This document shows, one piece after another, positions 25,545-33,608 of a DNA stretch of 36,377 nucleotides; within the stretch, counting starts at the first letter, position 1; each line of letters opens with the position of its first letter. The stretch covers positions 1-36,377 of the forward strand of contig CALWTG010000003.1 in assembly GCA_944384385.1 (NCBI GenBank), written 5' to 3'. The translations under genes were made by a program, and so were the position numbers. The notes beneath the pieces are model-generated. The model saw only the letters and a list, made by a program, of their open reading frames with translations. It ran no database searches and was not told the origin of the DNA. Origin of the DNA: an uncultured Clostridia bacterium (GTDB lineage Bacteria; Bacillota; Clostridia; Christensenellales; UBA1242).

Positions 25545-26438
25545 CTATCCTTTTAGTGTTATCCTTACGGACGCTTTTGTTAGACTGCTTTTTAAGTATT
25601 CAGCAGCAATTTCAGGTTTTTCTTTCTTCAATCTTGCTGTATCAATTGTTTCTTTTGGCACTGGAGCAACATAGGTAATTCTAAACATGTCATTGTCTAT
25701 CATTTTTGTTCCAGTTTCCTCCATCTTTTCAATAAGATAATTTCTTAATTCGCTTTCGGCTTTTTCTAGTTCTTTCTTCCTATCGTCAAGTTTTTTCAGC
25801 TCAGTTTGCACTGCTAAAATCTTTTCTTCTTCGGCAATAGTAAGCTCAAATTTTTCTTCCTGATAAAGCTCACAATTTCTTTCACATTCAAGCAGTTTCT
25901 CTATTTTTGCAACTGGCACTGGAGTTATTTCAATTACCCTACAAGTATCAGCATCGGGAAAGTGGAAACATATAAATCGTTCATAAATTGTGTCGTTTGT
26001 TAGATAAGCATACACACTCAATTGCCACGCAACAGCATCTTTATGGAGTGTTGCAGTAGTTTTGAAATCGCCTATAAATGGCAATTCATTTTCGCCTATT
26101 ATCCCGGCTACATCCACAGTCCCGGCTATTTCATCATTCCAAACCATAAACTCACTATTTTGTGGAATAATCTTCTTAATTTTGCACTCAGCAATAAAAG
26201 CCTCTAATTCTCCAGTAAAGCCCACTTCACCATGCTTGATATATTTTTCAAGCTCTTCATGAACAACTTTTCCTCTTTCAGCTTTAGCTTTTAAAATATC
26301 ATCACTAACTGTAGAATAATCAGGAGCTAAGTTATGCTTTTTAAGTAATTGAGTAACCGATACCAAATCAATTTTTTCGCCATTATCTTTAACTAAAGTG
26401 TATTGGTGTTTTTCTTCATTAAAAATAACTTTATCCAT
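25545..26438 (-). CDS. PD-(D/E)XK exonuclease (Cas4/RecB-like)
   Basis: SVTQLL, RGKVVH, AGTVD, GDFKT, WQLSVY; adjacent to ERF. Confidence 0.85.
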   Translation of the reverse strand: MDKVIFNEEKHQYTLVKDNGEKIDLVSVTQLLKKHNLAPDYSTVSDDILKAKAERGKVVHEELEKYIKHGEVGFTGELEAFIAECKIKKIIPQNSEFMVWNDEIAGTVDVAGIIGENELPFIGDFKTTATLHKDAVAWQLSVYAYLTNDTIYERFICFHFPDADTCRVIEITPVPVAKIEKLLECERNCELYQEEKFELTIAEEEKILAVQTELKKLDDRKKELEKAESELRNYLIEKMEETGTKMIDNDMFRITYVAPVPKETIDTARLKKEKPEIAAEYLKSSLTKASVRITLKG

Positions 26439-27034
26439 TATTTCGCCCCCTTCCCACTGTTGTTTTGCTTTGTTTGTTTTTTGATAGCTTCGTCTGCTTG
26501 CTTATATGTTATTTTTTCAACTGCATCAACCTTGTAGTAAGCAGCCATTTTATTTAGCCTTTCTTCATCAAAGCCCAGCTTTTTAAGCTCTTGTATTTGT
26601 GTTTTTGTGATAAGTTTTTCGGTTTTTTCTGCTTTATCGCCTTTATTGGTAGTATCACTATCTACATTGTCATCTAGAGCAAGCAAGCCATTTAATGCAT
26701 ATTTCCTAGCATAAGAGCTTGTAGAGCCTGAGGTCTGGCTTTCATCCATCTTTGGCTTTGCTTTTGGTGGTTCTTGGGCATACGCAACTGCTGATACATT
26801 TTCCTTGTTTTCAATATCAACCAGTGTTGCAGTTGCTTTAATATAATTTTTATCTCCAGCATTTGCCAGCTCATCGTTGAGCAAAATCACACAATTTAGT
26901 TCCTTTAAAAAAGGCTTTAACGCTTGCAAAATATCTTCGCATGAGCGGTATTTAAACTCTCCAAAACTGTTGAATTTATCTTTTGTTACAGTAAGTTCGG
27001 TTTGTATTTTTAATAATTTTTCATAAATACTCAT
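26438..27034 (-). CDS. erf: ERF-family ssDNA annealing protein
   Basis: FNSFGEFKYRSCEDIL and GSTSSYARKYALNGL motifs. Confidence 0.9.
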   Translation of the reverse strand: MSIYEKLLKIQTELTVTKDKFNSFGEFKYRSCEDILQALKPFLKELNCVILLNDELANAGDKNYIKATATLVDIENKENVSAVAYAQEPPKAKPKMDESQTSGSTSSYARKYALNGLLALDDNVDSDTTNKGDKAEKTEKLITKTQIQELKKLGFDEERLNKMAAYYKVDAVEKITYKQADEAIKKQTKQNNSGKGAK

Positions 27035-27327
27035 TATTCAGTCCCTCCTTGTGCAAAAAAGTAAATAAGCTCGCTATTAGAAGGTTTTTTATTGATACCT
27101 ACTGAAGCATATTGTTTTATCGTTATTCTATTTGCCACTATATGCCTAATAGCTCTTTCAACTCTAGATGCAGATGTTTTAAATTCTTTTGCAAGCATAG
27201 GATATAAATCGCTTGTAACTTTCATTTTTCCTTTTTGCTTTACAATTTCTACCGCTCTAACAAGCATGTTAAAGCCACTTAAGTTGGGGAAATTCCCTGT
27301 TTCGATTAAAAATTCTTTTATTGTCAT
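27034..27327 (-). CDS. Stand-alone Spo0A C-terminal DNA-binding domain protein
   Basis: VTSDLYPMLAKEFKTSASRVERAIRH and KPSNSELI match the Spo0A effector-domain signatures (LYPxIAKxxxTTASRVERAIRH, KPTNSEFI); no receiver domain. Confidence 0.9.
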   Translation of the reverse strand: MTIKEFLIETGNFPNLSGFNMLVRAVEIVKQKGKMKVTSDLYPMLAKEFKTSASRVERAIRHIVANRITIKQYASVGINKKPSNSELIYFFAQGGTE

Positions 27328-27347
27328 TTTTTCTCTCCTATTAAAAA

Positions 27348-27376
27348 TTGATTTTCTTGAGAGAATGGTATATAAT
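27348..27376 (+). promoter_or_regulatory. SigA-type promoter, antisense to early operon
   Basis: TTGATT (27348-27353) - 17 bp - TATAAT (27371-27376). Confidence 0.7.
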
Positions 27377-27382
27377 AATGGT

Positions 27383-27459
27383 GCGATGTGGTTTGGCTAT
27401 TTACCATTCTCATCTAAAGCTGACATGCAGTTAGAGTGCGTGTTAGCTTTTTCTTTTTT
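27383..27459 (+). ncRNA. Putative ~75-nt antisense sRNA to the 3' end of the XRE gene
   Basis: Bracketed by the promoter above and an intrinsic terminator; start inferred from -10 spacing. Confidence 0.55.
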
Positions 27460-27858
27460 ACTGACTATTGCAAGCTGTTTTTCAAATCGCCTCCAACAAT
27501 GCCAAGCAAAATCTTTTAAGCTGTGATAGCCACATTTTTCTAAATTTTCTTGTGTAAATGTTTTTCTTGCCTCATCGGGTAACCTTACCGAAAATTTATA
27601 CACTGCTGGTTCTCTTCTTGCTGTTACACATAGGCTTTTATCTTTCTTATCTTCTCGAATAGATAGATATATTTCGCCACGCTCATAAATGTCTTCAATT
27701 TCACAATTCAACTCTTTGCATATTGCTTCAAGCATTTTTGGAATAGGAATACACTTATATCTTTCAAAATTGCTCATCATTGGTGCATTTGTTCCAACTC
27801 TACTAGCTAAGTCTGCCTGTTCTATGCCACACTCCCGCCTTCTATCTTGCAATTTCAT
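27397..27858 (-). CDS. XRE/Cro-family HTH regulator
   Basis: LQDRRRECGIEQADLASRVG...MMSNFER...P...LEAICKEL pattern; GGAGG RBS. Confidence 0.85.
   Translation of the reverse strand: MKLQDRRRECGIEQADLASRVGTNAPMMSNFERYKCIPIPKMLEAICKELNCEIEDIYERGEIYLSIREDKKDKSLCVTARREPAVYKFSVRLPDEARKTFTQENLEKCGYHSLKDFAWHCWRRFEKQLAIVSKKEKANTHSNCMSALDENGK
27416..27459 (+). terminator. Intrinsic terminator of putative sRNA
   Basis: AGCTGACATGCA-GTTAGAG-TGCGTGTTAGCT (12 bp including two G:U pairs that form only on +) followed by TTTTCTTTTTT. Confidence 0.75.
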
Positions 27859-27885
27859 GCCATCACCTCCTTCTAGGCATATTCA

Positions 27886-28059
27886 CTATGCTACTTTTGC
27901 AAGATAATCTTTAATTGCAACACGAACAATATCGCTTAAAGATAAGCTTTCTTGTTTTGCGACTTCAATGAGCTTGCTGTGCATCTCACTTGTGATGTAA
28001 ACACCCAAACACTTTTTATCGCTTTTAAGTTGCTTGCCACCATGAATGTTCCCTCTCAT
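27886..28059 (-). CDS. Ribbon-helix-helix (CopG/Arc-like) regulator, 57 aa, not in ORF track
   Basis: GGAGG RBS; MRGNIHGGKQLKSDKKCLGVYITSEMHSKLIEVAKQESLSLSDIVRVAIKDYLAKVA*. Confidence 0.8.
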   Translation of the reverse strand: MRGNIHGGKQLKSDKKCLGVYITSEMHSKLIEVAKQESLSLSDIVRVAIKDYLAKVA

Positions 28060-28075
28060 GTTTTTACCTCCTTTT

Positions 28076-28111
28076 AAATAAAAAATAAGGTTCGTCAGTT
28101 AAGACGAACCC
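28076..28111 (-). terminator. Intrinsic terminator-like hairpin 1
   Basis: GGTTCGTC-N6-GACGAACC (28089-28110) followed on minus strand by TTATTTTTTATTT. Confidence 0.65.
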
Positions 28112-28117
28112 TATAAT

Positions 28118-28150
28118 AAAAAAGTCCCATTGTCTTATCTGACAATGAGA
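28118..28150 (-). terminator. Intrinsic terminator-like hairpin 2
   Basis: Minus strand TCTCATTGTC-AGATAA-GACAATGGGA followed by CTTTTTT. Confidence 0.65.
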
Positions 28151-28195
28151 TTATCGCATATCATTTTTGCTTTTTATGAAAAAAAATACAAACTC

Positions 28196-28224
28196 TTGCA
28201 AATTCACAGCATTGATGGTATACT
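28196..28224 (+). promoter_or_regulatory. SigA-type promoter of first host gene
   Basis: TTGCAA - 17 bp - TATACT with TGn extension, then AAGGAG RBS before ATG 28244. Confidence 0.7.
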
Positions 28225-28243
28225 TAGCAGTAAGGAGTAATAT

Positions 28244-29668
28244 ATGAAAAATACCGTTTCAAAAGGAATTCTTTTTTATATCTTTATGCTCATCGCCGTT
28301 GTCCTTGGCGTTCTTTGTATACTGGGCGCAATTCTTATATTCTCACCTGGCACGGAAATATTTGGCATGAGCTATTATGTAAATCACACAAATCTACCAA
28401 TCAAAACCACACTAGATGGCAATGAAAATGCAATAAATATTGATGATCTTTTTGACCGTGGTCAAATTGAAACAATTTCCGTCACAACGAACTATGCAAA
28501 CATGAGCATTGAAACACGAGAAGAAGGCTTCGTTAGATTTGTGATTGAGCCAACTCTCACTGGCCTTGTAACAAGTGAAAACAAAGACACATTTTCATAT
28601 TCATGCTCTTATGACAGTACCACAAAGACACTTAGTTTAAATGTTTTGGCTCCAAAAATGTTATTAGCTTTCAACAATTCAATAGATGTTGTTTTGAGCA
28701 TACCTCAAAGCATAGTAAACACAAACCTAAATATTAACTTTAACACACAGAGCGGAAAATTTTTTGTTGGCAACAGTGAACTTGATAATTACACACTCAA
28801 AAGCCTTAGCGTTGTATCAGAAAAATCATCAACAGTAACACTAGGATTGCACACCGTAATATCTGATGAAATTTCAATAAATGTCCCTTCGGGAAACATT
28901 CGCTTAAAAAACAACATAACAACAAACATATTAAATATAGATTCTGACTCGGCAAAAATCGAGACGAAGAACATCAATGCTCACGAAATAAATATCGACA
29001 CGGTAAGCTCTTCAATAAATATGGAAGACATAACAGTTGAAACAAAATTCAACTATAATGCAAATCGAGGAGTATTGATGATTACCAAATTAAATGGTAA
29101 TCTTAACAATTCAGAAGATGTTATCATATCCAACATCTCAATAGGAACTGTTAATGGTGAAGTTCTATTGCCTAGGGCTAAATCATCAGACATAAAAATT
29201 GACGAACTAAACGGGAAAGGTACAATAAGCACAGAGTCTGGCAATGTGACAATAAAAGAAGCAAAAGGAATTTTGTGGGTCACAACAGAGTCTGGAAAAA
29301 TTGATGTAAACATTAACACAATGACAGACCTTGACACAACTTCATATAACGAAGAACAAGGAATAGTAAATTTAAAAACACAAAGTGGAACAATAAACAT
29401 AAATGTTGGAAATTTGCTTTTGAAAAATTATATCAAAACAACAAGTGGTAAAATAAATTGCAATATAAGTGCAGAACTCAACCTCATTATTGATTACAAC
29501 TGTGCAAAGAATGCACCAACATTATCAACGGGACTTTCAAGTGGTGAAAGTGCAAATCAAGGTTCGATCAGTATGGGCAGTTCAAGTACCAATAACAATA
29601 TAATCATAAATAACGAAAAAGGCAAAACTTCAATTCAAGACACATATGTTGTAAAAACAACAAAATAG
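28244..29668 (+). CDS. Membrane-anchored beta-repeat protein (DUF4097-like)
   Basis: N-terminal TM helix; repeated TESGNVTI / TESGKIDV / TQSGTINI / TTSGKINC units. Confidence 0.75.
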   Translation: MKNTVSKGILFYIFMLIAVVLGVLCILGAILIFSPGTEIFGMSYYVNHTNLPIKTTLDGNENAINIDDLFDRGQIETISVTTNYANMSIETREEGFVRFVIEPTLTGLVTSENKDTFSYSCSYDSTTKTLSLNVLAPKMLLAFNNSIDVVLSIPQSIVNTNLNINFNTQSGKFFVGNSELDNYTLKSLSVVSEKSSTVTLGLHTVISDEISINVPSGNIRLKNNITTNILNIDSDSAKIETKNINAHEINIDTVSSSINMEDITVETKFNYNANRGVLMITKLNGNLNNSEDVIISNISIGTVNGEVLLPRAKSSDIKIDELNGKGTISTESGNVTIKEAKGILWVTTESGKIDVNINTMTDLDTTSYNEEQGIVNLKTQSGTININVGNLLLKNYIKTTSGKINCNISAELNLIIDYNCAKNAPTLSTGLSSGESANQGSISMGSSSTNNNIIINNEKGKTSIQDTYVVKTTK

Positions 29669-29673
29669 AAAAG

Positions 29674-29719
29674 AAAATAAGATAAATTTCAGTAATTTTT
29701 GAGATTTATCTTATTTTTT
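29674..29719. terminator. Bidirectional terminator between convergent genes
   Basis: AAAATAAGATAAATTTCA...TGAGATTTATCTTATTTT inverted repeat. Confidence 0.65.
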
Positions 29720-31907
29720 GTTTACTTTTCACCTTAAAATAGTTTTTCCAAACATCTTTATCTAGTCTTTCATCAATGTTTTTAATAGTGATTTGATTTG
29801 GTGCAATCTTGTCTAATTCGCTCCAAAGTATCGGTGCAGAAATTGACGCCCCATCACGTGCCCTAAGTGAGTATGGAGCAACACTTGTCTGCCCTTTTTT
29901 ATTGCGTAAGTAATCTATAAAAATTTTGCCATGCCTGTCTTCTTTTCTTATGCTAGTCGTGTAGTCGTCTGGCCATTTGCTTTCCATAAGCATGGCTACA
30001 TCTTTGCAAAACTTTTCAAATTTTGTCCAAGTTACACCACTTTCAAGGGGCACGACAATGTGATAGCCCTTCCCTCCACTTGTCTTTAAAAAACTTGCAA
30101 GTTCAAGTTGTTCTAATATTTTTTTAAGCCTTTTGGCACACTGGCGAACTTTACTTAAATTTACATTGTCGCCAGGGTCAAGATCAAACACGATAGTATC
30201 TGGGTGCTGTATATCGCCACAATCATAGCAACAAATGTGAAACTCCAAAGTGCCAAGTGAAACTAAATTGCCTATTCCACATGCATTTTTTAGATAAAAA
30301 TATTGTTTTTTTGTATCAATACCTTCATAGACATCGTCAATATGTTTTTGAAAAAAGCATTGCCCTTTTATGCCGTCAGGACATCTAATAACACTCAAAA
30401 ACCTGTTTTTTGAATACAAAAGTAGTTTTTCCCCTACTTTTTTGTAATAATCATAAACATCTTGCTTTGTGATTTTCTCTTTTGGATAATAAACCTTATC
30501 TCCATTTTTAACACTATCCTCCACTTTCACATCTTCAATCTCTTTGTCCGCTCTTAGCCCTTTGAAAGAAGGATGACGCAAAAGGTCGTCGTCAGTATAT
30601 TCAGAGTATTCAACCATAATAATGACTTTTGGAGATAAAAATACAGTATTTTTAGGCGAATAATTCAAAAACGGTGATGTTTTTCGCTCTATATTCTTAA
30701 ATAGGTTTTCAAATATTTTCTTATCCTTACTATCAAATCCACTTCCAACTTTTCCGAAATATTCAAGTCTACCATTTTTAAATTTCCCAACCAATAGCGC
30801 ACCAATCTCTTTATGGCTTTTTTGTGATAATGTATAACCACCAACAACAAATTCGTCCAATTTTTTGCACTTTATCTTTATCCAGTCACCATTTCGCTCA
30901 CCTTCATATGTTGAATTTAGGTGTTTTCCAATTAATCCCTCCAAATTATTTTTTTGAGCGTACTCAAAACACATTTTACCATTTCCTACGACATAGTTGA
31001 CATACATAATGTTTTCAGGAGAATTTTTTAAGATCTTTTCCAGAATGTTTTTTCTTTCTGTGTATTTTTCTCCACGCAAATCTTCACCATCTTTTGCTAG
31101 AATGTCAAAAACAGCATAAAAAGGAGTGAAGTCTTCACCTTTTAAATACCTATGCAACAGTTCAAAATCTGACCTGCCTTTTTCATCAAAAACAACAATT
31201 TCACCATCAAGCACAACATTTGTATTTTTAAAAAACGACTGCAAACTATTTGCAATGCTATTAAACTTTGAAGTAAAGTCCAGATTATTTCGCGTTTTTA
31301 GCACAACTTTACCATTTTCAATAAAAGCTACTATTCGATAGCCATCAAACTTGACTTCATAGGCATAGTCTTCATCATTTTTTGGTATTTCTTGCAAAAG
31401 CTTTGCAAGTTCAACATTTACGCTATTAAATGGATTTTTTTGATTTTTTTCTTTAATTAAAAGCCAGTTATCTTGTTTTTCATCTAGTTTTGTGCGAACA
31501 AGTGCATAATCTCCACTAAACTTTTCTCCTTTAAGAGTAAATTTCAGTACACCATTTTTAAGCCCACTTTTAAAACTTTGTTTTTGCTCATATATCCCAC
31601 TATCAAAAATCTCAACCACACCAGCACCATATTCGCCTTTGGGGATTGTCCCCTTAAACTTTGCATAGCTTATTGGGTGGTCTTCTACTTTAACTGCAAG
31701 CCGTTTGTCTTTTGTGCTTTTTGGCATACCTTTTGGCACAGCCCAAGATAATAAAACGCCACCATATTCAAGACGAAAATCATAGTGCTCTCGCCTTGAA
31801 TGGTGATGCTGGATAACAAATATTGGTTTTTTGTGACTATCCCCACTTTTTTGTGGTTCGCTTGTCTTATCAAAATTTCTTTTTTCAATATACTTTTTTA
31901 GTGTCAT
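29706..31907 (-). CDS. ligD: NHEJ DNA ligase D (phosphoesterase-ligase-polymerase)
   Basis: PE: FVIQHH...HYDFRLE...SWAVPKG; ligase: EVKFDGYR, EGLIGK, LLRHPSF; polymerase: RCPDG, FFQKH, FDLDPG, KTSGGKGYH, IDYLRN. Start reassigned to MTLKKY at 31907 (track start 31943). Confidence 0.95.
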   Translation of the reverse strand: MTLKKYIEKRNFDKTSEPQKSGDSHKKPIFVIQHHHSRREHYDFRLEYGGVLLSWAVPKGMPKSTKDKRLAVKVEDHPISYAKFKGTIPKGEYGAGVVEIFDSGIYEQKQSFKSGLKNGVLKFTLKGEKFSGDYALVRTKLDEKQDNWLLIKEKNQKNPFNSVNVELAKLLQEIPKNDEDYAYEVKFDGYRIVAFIENGKVVLKTRNNLDFTSKFNSIANSLQSFFKNTNVVLDGEIVVFDEKGRSDFELLHRYLKGEDFTPFYAVFDILAKDGEDLRGEKYTERKNILEKILKNSPENIMYVNYVVGNGKMCFEYAQKNNLEGLIGKHLNSTYEGERNGDWIKIKCKKLDEFVVGGYTLSQKSHKEIGALLVGKFKNGRLEYFGKVGSGFDSKDKKIFENLFKNIERKTSPFLNYSPKNTVFLSPKVIIMVEYSEYTDDDLLRHPSFKGLRADKEIEDVKVEDSVKNGDKVYYPKEKITKQDVYDYYKKVGEKLLLYSKNRFLSVIRCPDGIKGQCFFQKHIDDVYEGIDTKKQYFYLKNACGIGNLVSLGTLEFHICCYDCGDIQHPDTIVFDLDPGDNVNLSKVRQCAKRLKKILEQLELASFLKTSGGKGYHIVVPLESGVTWTKFEKFCKDVAMLMESKWPDDYTTSIRKEDRHGKIFIDYLRNKKGQTSVAPYSLRARDGASISAPILWSELDKIAPNQITIKNIDERLDKDVWKNYFKVKSKQKIR

Positions 31908-31912
31908 AAAAA

Positions 31913-31941
31913 TAATATGTGATTTTAAAAATATTGTATTC
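31913..31941 (-). promoter_or_regulatory. SigG-like promoter upstream of ligD
   Basis: GAATA - 17 bp - CATATTA, ending 5 nt before the ATG; AT-rich context lowers specificity. Confidence 0.4.
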
Positions 31942-32044
31942 AACTAAAAATTTATAAAAACAACAAAAAAATATAAAAAAACATATTTTTTTCATAATAT
32001 TTGTTTATATTTTTCACAAATTATATTTGCAATTAGGAGGAATT

Positions 32045-32839
32045 ATGAAAAAAACATTTATATCACTGATTTTGGTGTTAGCATTGTGTTTAACGCTCGC
32101 AACAACATTGTCAGATCAAAACCAGCCAACATTCGCCTACAACGAGAATAATCAATATGTTATGACAATTGGCTGTGGAGAAGTTTTTACAAAAGCGGAT
32201 ACAATAGAGCTAAATTTTGGTTTAACACAAGTTTCAAACTCTCTTAGTGACGGCAACAAAAGCCTAAACGAAGCAATTGACCAAATTAAAAATGCAGTGC
32301 TTTCCGTTGACCCCGAAGCAAAAGTTAATGTCGGTTATATTTCAAGTTATCCAATAGCACACGCAGGAATTGGCCAATATCAATTTAATTGTAACTTTTT
32401 TGTAACATCATTAAATCCAGATAAAAAAGATGAGATAATTGAACAGGTCACACAAAATGGCGCAACAAGCTTCCAAGGTTCAAGACTCGAACTCAGCGAA
32501 AAGCAAGATGTATACAACCAAGCACTAACTAGTGCCAAAGAAGATGCTGAGCAAAAAGCAAAGGCACTTTACGGCGATGTTAAACTTAAAGAAATGTATG
32601 AAGTAAGTATTTATAGCTTTGAACAAAATGGCGAGATAAAAATTGAAGCTTGCGTAAAAGCAAAATTTATTATCAATGAAACTGAAAATAATGTCGCTGA
32701 CCAAACAACACCAGATGAAAGTGTTGAAACTAACCAGTCTCAATCTACTCCCGACAATATATCTGATGTTTTGCCACAAGTTCCAACCCCAAGACAAGAA
32801 AAGGACTCTTATTCTCCAAATAACATAGCGCAAGCATAA
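32045..32839 (+). CDS. Secreted SIMPL (DUF541)-like protein
   Basis: AGGAGG RBS before ATG 32045, signal peptide, GCGEVFTKADTI and ALTSAKEDAEQKAKAL motifs. Confidence 0.75.
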   Translation: MKKTFISLILVLALCLTLATTLSDQNQPTFAYNENNQYVMTIGCGEVFTKADTIELNFGLTQVSNSLSDGNKSLNEAIDQIKNAVLSVDPEAKVNVGYISSYPIAHAGIGQYQFNCNFFVTSLNPDKKDEIIEQVTQNGATSFQGSRLELSEKQDVYNQALTSAKEDAEQKAKALYGDVKLKEMYEVSIYSFEQNGEIKIEACVKAKFIINETENNVADQTTPDESVETNQSQSTPDNISDVLPQVPTPRQEKDSYSPNNIAQA

Positions 32840-32863
32840 GATGACGAAAAGTCATCTTTTTTT
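32838..32863 (+). terminator. Intrinsic terminator
   Basis: AAGATGAC-GAAAA-GTCATCTT followed by TTTTT. Confidence 0.75.
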
Positions 32864-32901
32864 AATCATAATTAAATATATTTAATAATGAGGGTTGCAA
32901 C

Positions 32902-33432
32902 TTAAAAATCACAACCGAATTTTTTTAATATATCTTCAAGATATTCATCTTTCCCAAATTGATAATGTAATACTGATTTATTTTCTTGTTTGTTTTCTTT
33001 TTGAAAAATTTCAAAATTTTTCATATTTTCTTGCAAAATTTCTTTACTATTTCCACGATTTTTTAATCTTAATAGTATATCGTCTTTCATATCGTCTTTT
33101 GGAAATACAAAACAAAATCTAATTTTTCTATCAATCAAATAGTTCGTTGCTTCGTCATGTGGGGCACAAATTAACACCTTTCCTTTTTCAACCAATTCAT
33201 CAAGTCTAATATACATTTCTTCAATAAAGTTATTTTCTCGTCTTTTAAAAGGTCTATTCCACTTTGTTTTTTCAAGTTCTTTGCGCGTAATGCCATCTGG
33301 CACATAGTATTTGCACCTTAAACGCAATTCGTCAACATCTACAAATATATCTGGATATTTATCACAAAGGTGTGACTTGCCCGCCCCTGGAGTTGCAACT
33401 ATTGCATCAAATTCAATACCGTTATATCTCAT
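32902..33432 (-). CDS. P-loop NTPase / nucleotide kinase-like protein
   Basis: ATPGAGKS near the N-terminus, VDVD, RLKNRGN lid-like motif. Confidence 0.7.
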   Translation of the reverse strand: MRYNGIEFDAIVATPGAGKSHLCDKYPDIFVDVDELRLRCKYYVPDGITRKELEKTKWNRPFKRRENNFIEEMYIRLDELVEKGKVLICAPHDEATNYLIDRKIRFCFVFPKDDMKDDILLRLKNRGNSKEILQENMKNFEIFQKENKQENKSVLHYQFGKDEYLEDILKKFGCDF

Positions 33433-33557
33433 ATGATTATACTACTAAAATATTTACATTATTGTCAAAATTATTTTACATAATAATATTTTAGAGACCA
33501 ATAAAAATTTACTTAAAATAATATTTTACTTACTTTGGATGCATAAAACAATTTAAT

Positions 33558-33590
33558 AAAAAAGTCAATTTAAAGCAAATTGACTTTTTT
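33558..33590. terminator. Intrinsic terminator (bidirectional type)
   Basis: AAAAAAGTCAATTT-AAAGC-AAATTGACTTTTTT perfect inverted repeat downstream of the large ORF. Confidence 0.8.
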
Positions 33591-33608
33591 GGTTTTACAT
33601 ATGTGGTT

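Larger units (their letters stand above)
1..28150 (-). mobile_element. Prophage (podovirus-like morphogenesis genes), partial; continues beyond left edge
   Basis: Contiguous co-oriented phage genes (ERF/SSB/initiator/DnaC-like, terminase, portal, capsid, tail). Right boundary is approximate: it lies between the tandem terminators (ending ~28150) and the host promoter at 28196. No integrase, lysis genes or att repeat are visible in the window. Confidence 0.93.

Noticed and set aside
25545-26438. Cas4-like nuclease as part of a CRISPR-Cas system
   Set aside because: No cas1/cas2 or array; adjacent to ERF, typical of a phage recombination pair.
29706-31907. LigD as a phage- or DGR-associated gene
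   Set aside because: Lies beyond the inferred prophage boundary among host-type genes, in DNA that contains GATC sites; nothing links it to retrohoming.
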